Below, piece after piece: positions 23,915 through 35,637 of a stretch of 64,000 nucleotides of DNA (the first letter of the stretch is position 1; each line of letters starts with the position of its first letter). Position numbers and translations under genes: made by a program. Origin of the DNA: Ramazzottius varieornatus (lineage: Eukaryota; Animalia; Tardigrada); assembly GCA_001949185.1 (NCBI GenBank), contig BDGG01000005.1, forward strand, positions 2,891,972 through 2,955,971, written 5' to 3'. The notes beneath the pieces are model-generated. The model was not told the DNA's origin. It saw only the letters and a program-made list of their open reading frames with translations, and ran no database searches.

Positions 23915-24864
23915 AGTTCCAGCGTGAGGTTGACGGTCTGCTTCATAATCATATCAATGAGAGCACAAGAAATACCTATAAAATCGGTGTTCGTCATTAT
24001 CTCCTCTTCTGCCAAAGTCACGCACTCAACGGCCTTCGCTTCACACCAGACGCCCTTCTACAATACCTCGGCTACCTACATGCTAAACTTCTTTCGTTCT
24101 CCACAGCGAAGGTCTACCTGAGTGGAATAAATAACTATATCGTCGAAATAGGACATCCGAGCCTCCAAAAGCATACCGCGATCCAGCGGGCTGTTCTCGG
24201 CTTCAAGCGCCTTCATCCACCACTGAACGATAGAAGGCTTCCCATCACGCTTGCCATCCTCTGTCACATTCATGGCAACATCAGGAACACCCCTTCTCTA
24301 TCTCCGCTCGTAAAGGCCCTCTTCTGGTCTGCCTGTACGATGGCTTACGCCGGTTTCTTACGAGCCAGCGAGTTCACCACGACGAGAAAGCACGCCGCAC
24401 ACACCTTACAACACAGAGATGTCGTAATCGCGCACGACTCTGTCAAGCTCCGCCTTCGGTCGTCGAGGACCGATCAGCACAAAGCAGGAAGCTCCATGGA
24501 GTTACCTGCCACCGGACGACCAGTCTGTCCTGCGGACGCAGCTCAACGTTATCTAGAGCTACGCCCCCTGCCGGTCACACACGATGAAGCCTTCTTCGTT
24601 CTCCACGACAGCTCGCCCTTGACTAAAGGAATCTTCGGTTCACATCTCAAGAATCTCCCCCATCTCAACGGGTACTCGACGCACAGTGTCAGCATTGGCG
24701 CGGCCACAGAAGCCTCCAATCAAAGTCCTGCACCCGAAGAGATACAGCAAGCCGGTCGCTGGAAGAGCAGCTGCTACAACGGCTACATTCGAAACAAGAA
24801 ATACACCATGGGTCTTCACGCGTATCACAGTATTGGGTGCTCTATTTCTGTTTGGGGTCTCTGA
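23911..24864 (+). CDS. Tyrosine recombinase ORF of the DIRS element
   Basis: Motifs GFLRASEF, SRTDQ, CP, HSVSIGAAT (consensus HSFRIGAAT) and GRWKS..Y..YIR. Confidence 0.85.
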   Translation: MKFQREVDGLLHNHINESTRNTYKIGVRHYLLFCQSHALNGLRFTPDALLQYLGYLHAKLLSFSTAKVYLSGINNYIVEIGHPSLQKHTAIQRAVLGFKRLHPPLNDRRLPITLAILCHIHGNIRNTPSLSPLVKALFWSACTMAYAGFLRASEFTTTRKHAAHTLQHRDVVIAHDSVKLRLRSSRTDQHKAGSSMELPATGRPVCPADAAQRYLELRPLPVTHDEAFFVLHDSSPLTKGIFGSHLKNLPHLNGYSTHSVSIGAATEASNQSPAPEEIQQAGRWKSSCYNGYIRNKKYTMGLHAYHSIGCSISVWGL

Positions 24865-25795
24865 GCTCGCTAAAGGGACCGTTGCAGCTCAGAGGAACAG
24901 GTGGAAGGCTGATGCGCCAAGCCGTCACTTCCGCCTCGGTCTCGCACACGGACTGTGAGCCACCTCTTGTTGCATCGACGACACCCATCGATGCGTTCAG
25001 ACAATCCCAAACTGCCCAAATAAAACTATACCCTTATTTCTGCCTATCACGTTATGTTCATTAATTATCACTCAACTGTCTAGTTTAGATTTAAACTTTT
25101 TCATTTAGCATTTTGAGCGCTCAAACTCGTGGAGAAGTTTCAGATGTTGCTAAGCTCTGGAGTGTCCTGTTCTGAAAATTGTGTTCTGCAATACCCAGCC
25201 CACTATCGCTATCGCTGAGATTTTGGACCACAGTTTCCAGGACACCAGCGTTTTGCCGAGTGCAGCTTGATCTAAACGTCAGATTTTACGTTACAATTTA
25301 TTAATAAAAACGTAATGAGGGTTCTAATAGCGGATTTTCAGTGCAATCTTTCAGAAGCATGCAGCGATGGTTAGAAACGTTCGTCCATGTTTAGTTAAAG
25401 TAGTCAACTAGTCACTTAAAAGTTACAGCTGCAGTTATACCACTTTGCAGTTTTTGGAAAGTACACTTTTGTACAAAATGTTGGAAACCGTGCTCAATGA
25501 TGTCTGTGGATTTGTAGAAAAGTTTGATGTCATCGTAAACTTTCGAAATTCCACCTTCACCCGGAATTCTTTTTCTTGCTGCCAAGCCAAGAAAGCGAAA
25601 AAACCAAGCACCACGACAAAGAAGACTTCAACGAAGACGCTAACGCATGATTGTTTCCTTTCTGGTAAGAATAATCGCCTCACTGAACTAGCCAGGCAGG
25701 AGAAGACACTCCGAAAAACTAACAAGAGGCGATCCGGAGTCAATTGCTCTGCAGATAAGCAAACTTCAGCTATGGATATTTTGAAGTAGTGATCT

Positions 25796-25961
25796 AGTGG
25801 GACAGCTTTGGGTCTCGGTGCGTGTAAACAGACTGGCCGGAACTCCCAGTTTTAGCTGTTATGTGTGATGTCATGTTGACCAGCTGATCGGTACACACCC
25901 TGATCGTATATTCACTCTTTATCCGGAGAGTCTTTGCACCCGGACCCAAGACTGTCCCACT
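25796..25961. mobile_element. Small MITE-like inverted repeat
   Basis: agtgggacagctttgggtctcggtgc... pairs with ...gcacccggacccaagactgtcccact. Confidence 0.6.
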
Positions 25962-26707
25962 TTAAAGTGATAGATACACTGGCTTACTCCACAAAAATTT
26001 TGGATCTCGCATCCATCGAGCAATGACACGATAAAGTCACGACCCTTTGATGTACTACAACATTATCCTATCATCCTCCAATTTCGAGTGCCCGTTTCCC
26101 GACAGAAATTTTGCGAAGCGGGCGTGTTCATGATTGAGTGTCACTCCTTCGGACTTTTGTCTTGTTTAATCGCATTAACGATATTTACCCCTCAAAGAAT
26201 CGAGAAGATTTTGTCACACAAATAGAACATCACAGAAGTTTTGGACATCTGTACATGATGTCTGAAATATGCTTTAAAGTCTTCTGTTAAGAACCGCAAA
26301 GTCATACTCACCGACCTGGTAGTTCCTACTGAAGAAGCGCAAAACCACATAAAGTATAACACAATTGAACTGTGATTCCACTATCACCAAAACTCTGCTT
26401 ACCGAAGTTCCGCTCAGACAGCGATGATTTGATGTGGCGACAACCAGATCAGCAAGATCTGTATGGTGAGGGCTAGTATTGGACTCGCAACATCCACATC
26501 ATACAACAGAAAAAAAGGATACACACCGTTACTGGTCTACGGTAACAGAATCGGAACAACTTATGAAATCAACGATAAGTTTCGTGGTGGTACAGAAGGA
26601 GATACACGCGTGGGCATCAGATGATGGAAGCCCTCAAACAGCAGAGACCAGGCAATCAGCTGATCGTTAACGTGATATGTTACCACAAGAAGCACGTTGG
26701 ACCGAAG

Positions 26708-27344
26708 TAGTGCTGGGATAAATATGATATATCTTATCTTATCGAAATATATCACATCATAGTGATTCGGTATGACAAAAATATCAAATCGGAATATCGA
26801 TTTGGACGGAATATCGCTGAGCGGAATATGATAAGTGAAAATATCATATCGCGATATATCGATATATTTCTGATACATCAATAAATCGCAAACCCGCACT
26901 TAAGAATCGGAACTTCGGAAGTCAATACTCCGGTTCGGTACCGCGCAGGCAGCGCAGCCTCGCCCGTAATGTATCGCGCCCATGCATCCAAGCTGACTTC
27001 GGAGAAGTGAACAGTCAGCGTACCTAGGTGCGTAACGACAGATCTTGATAGATTGAGCAACGAACACCAAGCGTACACGAAGACATCTGACTTTTGTTCT
27101 GACTCGAACGTAGTGAACGACAGCCGTTTGGTTTCTGTTTGGCTCTTTCTTGATTTCGATAGTTTTCAACATGGTACTGGCTTGATATATCGATGTATCA
27201 CTGCAATAAAATTCGATATATCAACAATATAATATCAGAAACGTATCATGTCGAAATATCGATACGTGGTTAATATCTAAAACGAAATATAAATATTGAA
27301 AAATATTTATCAGAAAATATCATATCGTATTTTTCCCAGCACTA
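26708..27344. mobile_element. Non-autonomous hAT-type MITE
   Basis: TIR TAGTGCTGGGA / TCCCAGCACTA; 8-bp TSD gaccgaag / ggccaaag (6/8); ATATCG-rich subterminal repeats. Confidence 0.8.
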
Positions 27345-27689
27345 GGCCAAAGTTTGGCCTCATACGTTTAGGGGGTTGTTAGCTAGGTCTATTCAATATG
27401 ATAATTAAATGAATTTATTTATTCTTGCTGGTGCGTGTGCGCATCCATCCAAAACTGCACTATCAGCACCGCACTTAAACAACAACCAGCAGCTGAATTT
27501 GCAGAGTTAAGCAGTCTGCGTTCCAGCGAATTTCACATCGTCGGATTTACAGCTTTGGTAAGAATTTCGAAAACTTTGTGCACATCCATGAAACCTATGC
27601 AAAACCCGTTCTCGAAATTTCCCCGAGCGATCCTTCCAGAATATTGGTCTAGTAATACACGATGGACAATACACGAAGAAAAGGAATAA

Positions 27690-28080
27690 TGAAAGCCCAG
27701 TCATCATCAAGCTTTGCTTTCGCAACGCCCTCAACCCCATTCATCGTAACGCCTTGCCACGTGTTGTCGTGTTGTCAAGTGTGAGCTGTTCGCGTTCGGC
27801 GGATCCATCCAGGAGCGTCAGGCCAACCAAGAAGCATTAGCTGACGCCTGTTCTGGTATTTTGTTTCCTTCCAGAAGTGATCTGAGTCTTCTAGGTGCAC
27901 CACTGCTGGAAGAGGTTCTGAAAGAAGCCGTCAGGGCAAACACAAGTAAGATGAAGCTGGTTCACTCAAGCCTTAACTTGCTGTTTTCCCACCTGGCCCT
28001 CTTCCTGCTCAGAGACTGCCTCTGGCTTCCGAAGCTTCTCTGCATTTTGTGGTGCTCTCCTGTCCGGAAGGCTCCGTGAG
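27690..28080 (+). mobile_element. Relic of a CRE/NeSL-like non-LTR retrotransposon RT
   Basis: IIKLCFRNALNPIHR resembles KLDFRNAFNSIRR. LLGAPL...LFSHLALFLLRDCLWLPKLLCILWCSP matches the post-RT region typical of these elements. Confidence 0.55.
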
Positions 28081-29059
28081 TGCTACAGGAATCTGACGAG
28101 TTGTTTTACGTTTTAGATGTGAAGAAAGGAGTCTGTCCATGTGTAGCTGTTTGTCTTTTGTTTCGCTATTTTCTCGCTTTTTGAGAACAGAATATTGGCT
28201 TTCCAATATAGCTTCAAACCATACATATAAATACTTTATGAAGCTCTGAGTGGCGCCAGTCCTATATTAATCTTGGCACCATAGTGGGCATGAGAACGAC
28301 AATGCGTTGCAGATCACGGAAGTTTGTCCTGGGAGAGAGATGGGTCGGTCCAATGATAAAGACTAAAGTTGTATGTCAGACGTACGATGAATCAAGGGTT
28401 GTGGATGATGTTCAAACTTTTCGCGTTGCCCGAATTATGTCGTATACCTCGTACCGCTCATGGGTTTCGCATAGTTGATGGCATCAGTCCCACTCAGTGG
28501 TAGCAGGAACCTTATAAAGCTGGAAGTGGTCGCCGGCTGTTTACCACTAACTGGGATGCTTCCTTCTCTGGATTGGGAGCCACTAGCTGCACACGTCTTT
28601 GTTTAGCCGGAAACTGGCGCTGAGGGCGGCAACCGCTGTACAGAAGCCTCTGGTCCAAGTGGGTGGACAATCTGCCTTTGCACGTTTCTTTACACAGAAA
28701 ATATCAGTTTTCTCGAGCTGATAGAAGCTCGTCTCCAGTCTGAGCCAAACAGTGAAAGGTGGTTTCGAAGGTACAATTCACATGTGCTGTTATCGTAGAG
28801 TCCGACAACACAGACGTTTGCCTTCCTCGGCCGAGGTACCACGAAGAATTCCGAAGAGCTTAAAATGGCTCAGGTTGCTGTTTTACACCTCCTGCACGTT
28901 CGATTTTCACATTCAGGCAAAGCGCTTACCCAAAAACGGAGAACGTATCGCCAGTTGCTCTTAGCTGTTTACTCGATAGTCAGACTTTTGCTCACATCTT
29001 CCGTTCTACACATAATCTTCACAGAATTATCTTATGAGCACTGAAAATTCTTCGTTTCG

Positions 29060-29480
29060 TATCTACTCTACTATGACAAGTGGACGCGAAGTGGAGGACC
29101 TTACCGAATGCTGCCTCGACCGAATCAAGCAAACGCATTATTCCTCAGAATGGGAAGCCTACCACACTCTTTGCTCCGCGCAAAAACTCACCCCACTTCC
29201 GGCCTTATCTTCCACAGTCTGCCGTTTCATTGCTTTTCAGTCCGACAGCCTTATTCGTTCATTTGCAATGATATAGCAAGCTTTGCTTCAATGTACACTG
29301 ATCGCAGTGTGGATGTCTTAGACCTCCGTTCGACCAGCTCTGGCAGGCCTAAAGCGTTTCCGGATGGAACTTCCAAACAAACGCCATCCGATTTTTCCAC
29401 ATCGTCTTCTCACTCTTCGCTGTAACATCCACGTGGTTGCCTCTGATTACAGTACAAGCCATTCCATCCGGCTGCGTGTT
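29060..29480 (+). mobile_element. Short relic of a second DIRS-type tyrosine recombinase
   Basis: W.AY..LC....LTPLPA...TVCRFIAF and KRHPIFPH.L resemble the YR N-terminal region; fragmentary. Confidence 0.4.
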
Positions 29481-29969
29481 CGCAGTTCAAACCTGTTCAA
29501 GGTCCGACGGAGGACACATTACGGAAACGTCCATACCATAAATGGCGTATGCGGAACTTTCACATGGGAGTCCGAGACATGATGTCAAAGTGATGAAATG
29601 GTAGATTTATTTTGATCCTTTCCCTACAGGTACACGGTGCATTGAGAGATCCGGAAGACCTATGCTGTCGAAAATACAGTAGTCTGATGTTTTTCTATTT
29701 AACAAAACCATCACATGCACTCTTTTCCGATACTCAGCACTGCTAAAACAACACTCGGTACTACCGTTGCTGTTGTCTAATCAGTCAAAGATTGCTACTT
29801 AACGTGTTTCTTTTGCATTGCAGAATGTGGACAGGAAAGTTCAAAACAGGATGGGAGACCAAGGTCGTAACCCAGATGCGGGAGGCAATGAAGCTGTGGT
29901 TGTTGATGGCATGAGTGTCAGCCGCGCTGCAGTACTGCATAACGTGCGCAGGTTTAGCGTTGCACACGG

Positions 29970-30712
29970 CGGCGTTGTATTTGGTTTTACTCCCAAAATT
30001 ACTTACTGTAGTGCTACCAAATTATCGCGCACTGAACCACGCGATGAGTCATCGCCGCCCAGTGTGATCAGATGTTATCAGTTCAGCCTCGTGAACAAAT
30101 CACTCCCACGGTTTTCAGTTTCAGCTCCCATATATCTGTCCTACTCCGATGAATTTAGTTTTACTCTCGTTTAAAGGCGTTTTACTCTCCCGAATTTCAG
30201 TTTTACTCCCGGGATCCAATTCCAGTCCAAGAATAATCCAGATCTATTGTTTGCAGAAATATGTTAGTCTTTTGAATCTGAATGTTAGTTGTGACCTTTA
30301 AATTTCAGTTCGAAGCAGTAAGTTTCAGTCTTTACAAAACCTTCGAAGACCTAACTTAATCCCGGCCACGGCCGCATTGTCTTCAAAATCTTTGTTGCTT
30401 TTGAGGGTTTTCAGTCATTGGCTTTGACTTTTGAATCTTGTCCTTTCAGTTTTACTCCCGAGATTTCTGGTTTTTTGTCTTGCGTATCAGTTTTTCTCCG
30501 ATGAGTGAAAATTTTACTCTCGGTCATTGTAGTCTATGGCTTTTGTCTTTTCGTCTCGGCATTTTCATAGTTTTACTCTAGAGCATTTTAGTTTTACCCC
30601 CAGCTTTTCTATTTTACTCCCGACAGTTACGGTTTTACTCTCCAGAGTAAAACTGTAACTGAAGAACAGAGTAAACTGATTTTACTCTAGAGTATAAGTA
30701 AATACAACACTG
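29970..30712. mobile_element. hAT-type MITE with TTTTACTC repeats
   Basis: TIR cggcgttgtattt / aaatacaacactg; 8-bp TSD gcacacgg / acacacag (6/8); many (T)TTTACTC motifs. Confidence 0.7.
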
Positions 30713-31032
30713 ACACACAGCCTGAGTAAGGCCAGATTTCAGCCGAAACCTCGAAGAGAAACGAAAGACCACGTCTGAGTGAGGCTATTCAGGAAGATCT
30801 GCAGAAAGGTGCCAAAGCTCGACCTACAGCCATGAAGCACGAAGTCGGCTACTATGGAATTAGGTACTGTACAAGCTTATTCGGCTGGGCCACTGGCAGG
30901 CGAACAAGCGAAACGTCAAACAGAAAACTCAGGACAATGCAGTAGGCGCAGTTCTGGATGATAAATTGACCGTCAGGGCAGTGTCGAAGCAGTATGGACT
31001 CCAGCACTGTACAATCAGCAAAGAGATTATTA

Positions 31033-34000
31033 TCAGGTGCGGAAGTATGACTTGTTACTTCCCCGACGAAGATTTCCAAAAAAGTTTCCTGACTGCCAAG
31101 CTCGGTATTTTTGATCGGGTTATCCACCCATCCTATCACGGTACTTCACTCATTTTTCCGGCAGCGAATGCATGCCTTTACTGTAGGAGCATAGGGGAAG
31201 AGAAAAGATAAACTCCCCACAGCCATTTTTCGCAGCCTCTCTGGAGGAGATTGTTTTTCACGTAGGGGGAGCTCTGAGTTTTCGACGTGGTGATAATCCT
31301 GTAGTACCAGGTCCTCTCTTCCTGATGTGTGAAGGAGTTTCCCGTTCCGCCTTCTGCAGTTTTGCGGAAGTGTTCTGTTCAATGTGTACTCTAAAGCCAA
31401 CATGCAACATTGGTGCTTTGAGTCGACTGAACAATTTCGTTTAGTGAACGGCAACTTTCCTCATCATTCTTTTGCGTACCAGAGAGGTCTAGTCACCGGC
31501 TACCGTTATGCCGGGCGGAAAGATTTCGCAGCGGTCTAGACTTTAGAATTGTAATCAGACAGTAGCCACAATTTTCCTTTGGTGCCGCTCACGATTCGAA
31601 ATTTCCCACACGGCTTCCGCTCTTTCGAAACATTCCGATTTTTGCTTCAGACCGTTCTACAGAGCCCACTTATCATGGCTGGCAACAATGTGATCTGAGA
31701 TCGGTTCGCTCTCGTTCAGAACCGCGAGGGTAAATAGAGGCAAAACCTTGCGTTATCTGTAAGGTGCGCGAGGTAAACGAGGGTATAATGATAGTAATAA
31801 CCGCTTTACTGTTCTATGAGCTCACGAAGTCGAGCGAATGAAGAGCAATGTTTTAAAAAAAAGAGTGGCTAGAGCGCCGTAGAAAAAGATCATAATAGGA
31901 AAGCACCTAGAAAAAATACAAAATGTCCAAATTTACACAATCAACAAGCGGTGGTCAAGATGGTCCTTAGACCATTTCAGAGCTGAAAAGTTAAGAGACT
32001 TTAGATATTTTTTAGATGAGCCAATAGTAAGCAGATTTGTGGCCGAAGGACTAAACAAAGGGTCTTTCAACAAGTTCATCGCGATGTAGGCGAAGGACGA
32101 CAGCGTGGTGTCGAGAAGGGTGCCAGAAGCTGGGGCGATGCTGCCTGGCGCGAGGACAAACTCCTTGGACTGCGTTCTTGATCTCCCTGGCAGCTCCTTC
32201 TTCATGATGTGGCTTCCCCCTACAGAGACACCTGCTCTGATTTTATAAGCATTAATTAATTTACCTTCGAGTCGTCTTCGCCAGAGAGGAAGCCACTGAA
32301 CTTCCGCCAGATGCTGCCGATACTGGATGAGGTCGGTGTCGTGACTGTCTGTTGTTTCCATCTTTCTGAGTCTGATGCTGCGGAGAAACTTCTTCTGGAT
32401 TTTTTCCAGCTGCCGTCGGAGACCGTTCGCCGAAACAGACCATGCCGACGAGGCATAATCCATGACTGACCGCACGATACTCTTGAACAGGAGTTGCTTG
32501 ACCGAGCCGAAGCAGCGAGGGAAGTATGCGTTGATAGCCTACAACCTCTTCCTGCATTGTGCTGTCACCTTATCGACCTGGGCGGTCCAGTCAAGTCGGC
32601 TAGAGTATGTCACGCCGAAACATTCCCCCTCATTCTCGGTAGGTTTCGGATCACTCATAAACTTGTACGACCCACCTGGAATCCCCGTTTTCTTTTTCTT
32701 GTTCGAGATCCGGAGGTGCTGGGACTTTCTGGAATTGATGTCTAGCCCAGCATTTCTTCACCGCACCGCAATGTTGTCCAGGTCTTCTTGTAGGGAACGA
32801 CAGTCATCTTCACTGCTTACTGTTCGATGGAGGACGACAGCATCGGCATACTGGAGAACTGTCGACTTGACACGGGTAGAAAGACTGTTGGCTGCAACCG
32901 TAAAGAATGTCGGACCAAGGACTGATCCCTGTGGAACTCCAGACTTCACAGGCTGATCATCGGAGAGGTATCCGTCGACCATCACTCGCTGGCTTCAGCC
33001 ACGGAGGTAGTCCGAAAACAGAGCCAGTAGCCGACCAGTAACTCCATGCTTGAAAAGACTGTCAACAATTACGTCATGCGGAATTCGGTCGAAAGCTTTC
33101 GTACAGTCCAACAGGATGACGTCGGCCTCCTTCCTCTGCAGCAAGACTTGGGAGAAGTGGTGAGACATCTGGGCTAGCTGGATCTCTGTCGACCTTTGCT
33201 TCCTGAAACCATACTGAGAGTCAGACAACAACGTATTCTGGTACAGGTAGTTGCTCAGATGATCGGCAAGGATCTTCTCGAAGAGTTTGGACAAGGGTGG
33301 GAGGAGCGAGATTGGACGAAAGGCGGAGCCTCCTTTCTTCGGTATCGGGACGGCGTCAGCCTTCTTCCACACCGTAGGGAACTGTCCAGTTTGGATGATG
33401 AGGTTGGACAGTCTTGACGGGGGGTGAACGATGGCAGTACCTGCAACTCTGAGGAGACGGTTGGTGATGAGAGATGACCCAGCTGCTTTGTTGACGTCCA
33501 ACTTCTTGACGATGGTTAGGATGGCAGTAGTCGTTATCAGCAGGTCTAGACATCGGGGCGAAATTGCAGGCTCCATCAGACGGACAGGCAGAGGTGGCAG
33601 ATGGGTCTTGCAGTGGACGGGGCAGTCGACATACTCATCGGCGAAGGTCTTGGGGATGAATTCGGCCTTATCTTGCGGATGGACCAGATATCGATCATCG
33701 CTGCCTAGAACAGGAATCGGTGGGATCGAACTGCAGACGGTGTTCTTCTTAACATACTTCCAGACTGCGGTTGGATTTCTTCCTGGAGGATCAACCTCTT
33801 CTGCGCTTCCAATGCTTTCCACGCTGTCTAATCAGCTGGGTCCTTTGTCCTTCGCCATTTTTGATATGCGCCTCTGCACTTTCGTAGGCACCCAACTACC
33901 GTAGCCGAAAGGGAAGGACGAAGAAGGCGTCGGGAACCAACCGTCCTGAACTGGAAGCAGCTTGACGCACCTGGAAGAAACTTCTCCTGAAAGACATAAA

Positions 34001-34700
34001 CCACGACGTCAGATTTACACTGTACATCAAACATGCCGTTCCAATCAACTGGAGCCAGCATTCTGCGGAACTCAGTGGATATGTCGTCATCCACTTTCCA
34101 CTGTTTTCTGCTCTTTACGACGAATTTCGGAGTCATCAACATCAGAAAGAACTCTAGCCCATGGTGATCTTTAGGTGCTGCCGGTGGCGTGATGGTCCTC
34201 ACGTTGCGTATGAAACCGAGCTGCGAAACGAAGACAAGGTCCAGCGATGAACAGCTTTTCCCTCGTTCTCTGGTAATCTACCTAACTTTCTGCCATAGAC
34301 GAAATTCACTCTGTAGCGACAACAGGTCTCGTTCTCTTTCCGAGGATTCACTAGCTTTGTCTGACCAGGAAATGTTGGGGCAGTTGAAATCGCCCAACAT
34401 AAGGATGTTCCGTCTCAGATGTGGAGGAATCCGTTCCATCGAGGTGCGAAGCTTACTGAAAACTTCGCTGTCGTAGCCTGGCGCGTAGACGACTCCAATG
34501 AGTAATGCGCAGTTCATGCGCAGAGCAATCACTTTAACCCAAAGAACCTCTAGCCCAACCACTTCGTACTCTACCATCCTCCTAATTTAGAACTCTTTCC
34601 TGATTACAAGAGCTACTCCACCTTCTGTACTTTTCTGGCAGCCATCCTTTTCTGATGTTGACGTTTTCCCAGGGGTAACAAGTCATACTACCGCACCTGA
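31033..34700. mobile_element. Mariner-like element (TIR-bounded, TA TSD) hosting a LINE
   Basis: 26-bp TIR TCAGGTGCGG(A/T)AGTATGACTTGTTAC at both ends with 1 mismatch, flanked by TA at 31031-32 and 34701-02. The TIR start resembles Mos1-type TCAGGTG...AAGTATGA. Confidence 0.8.
31788..34630 (-). mobile_element. CR1/L2-like LINE, 5'-truncated, degenerate ORF2 (APE endonuclease + RT)
   Basis: GGVAL, LEVLWV, IGVVYAP, MLGDFNCPNISW (endonuclease); FRPISLL, QYGFR, LDCTKAFD, GVPQGSVLGP, YADA (mutated YADD); (TTA)n-like 3' tail at about 31788-31800. Confidence 0.9.
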
Positions 34701-35637
34701 TAGCAGCCGCGGTTACCGCTTCGAGCCCCGCTCTGGAAAATACGTCAAGCAGCCTTCTGCCAAGCCATTCACTCATCCAGCCCTCAGCGATGCAGAGTTT
34801 CAATCGAGCGACGAAAATTCACCAGCGCTCGAAGTGGTTAGGACCGATGATGATGTCACAGCACCTTTCTTGCAGGACGAAACCGTTAAATTGACCAACG
34901 CAGCATCTCCAGAGATCGAAAGAATTATGGAGTACCGGGTGCAGCGACAGTATTTGGTCCAGTGGAAGGGTGAGACGGAAGAACAAGCCACTTGGGTGGA
35001 CGAAGATGTCTTTCCCGAGCTGACCAGAATGTCGGCCTAGTAAGTCGGCTCGATGAAGTTTCCGCTGTCTTAGTACAGTCTACTCTTATTTTGCGCGAAC
35101 ATTACTATTTTCTTCCGAGAAAATCATAAGTTTTTCGGAGCTTAATTGGGGACCGATATTCAGGCCGAGCGAGCGAGGCCTTTATAAGTCCCACGATTTC
35201 AGTGCTAATCGGAATGTTCAGTCATGGCTTTGCCGCAAACTCTATTCTGTTAAAAGATACACCAGTTAATCGGATATTACTAAATGCTCGATCAGCCTTC
35301 CCAGTGGTCAGGACCACTATCTAGTTTACACATGCTTTCCTATTCACCACTGTTTTTTCTTATGCAAAGCTCGCATTTGACGATGCAATTATGACCAACG
35401 TTGACACGCGGAAGTACTGTAAGGTCTACGGCAGGTCAAAGCTCGGATCCCCTGAGCCTACTAATGTTTAGGTCGCTAAGAAAAAAACACCCCTCGTATT
35501 CGAAACTGATCGCATACAGTGAATGATTTCGAAGATAACCGATCTCCCAAATTTTCAAGCCGGCGCAAATAGTTACTTGAACGCTTCGGTTAGTGATTCC
35601 CAAACCCCGAAACAAATTTTCCACTTTTGCATCAAGT

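Larger units (their letters stand above)
21200..25035 (+). mobile_element. DIRS/Ngaro-type tyrosine-recombinase retrotransposon, degenerate
   Basis: Order is gag (WLAYEARLR; zinc finger FCQRFSRGQC..KPC..FVHACNIC), then RT/RNase H (AFRLVPV, LPFGCRSSP, YVDDFL, YTDAS, HVSGVDNSIVDSLSR), then YR overlapping the RNase H stop. The 3' end has a TTTGGGG...CCCAAA fold-back. Stops and frameshifts are present; the 5' boundary is approximate. Confidence 0.9.
29824..35040 (+). pseudogene. HTH(psq-like)x3-chromodomain family pseudogene split by nested TEs
   Basis: HTH1 EAVVVDGMSVSRAAVLHNV (about 29890-29945), HTH2 LSEAIQEDLQKGAKARPTAMKHEVGY (about 30775-30852), HTH3 AVGAVLDDKLTVRAVSKQYGLQHCTISKEII (about 30939-31031), and chromodomain EIERIMEYRVQRQYLVQWKGETEEQATWVDEDVF (about 34912-35013). 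Interrupted by a hAT MITE and by a mariner containing a LINE. Confidence 0.75.

Noticed and set aside
23911-24864. Phage integrase or horizontally acquired bacterial gene
   Set aside because: It directly follows gag and RT/RNase H in the standard DIRS/Ngaro arrangement.
30090-30690. CRISPR-like array of TTTTACTC repeats
   Set aside because: Repeats are short and irregularly spaced, and are enclosed by TIRs and an 8-bp TSD; these are MITE subterminal repeats, with no cas genes in a eukaryotic context.
31100-31780. Transposase inside the mariner-like TIRs
   Set aside because: I could not find recognisable DDD/DDE or HTH motifs; the internal sequence is left unassigned.
34834-35040. Chromodomain as part of a chromovirus integrase or of the adjacent LINE
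   Set aside because: No integrase or LTR nearby; it is on the opposite strand to the LINE, outside the mariner TIR, and matches the intron-containing HTH-chromo paralogs.
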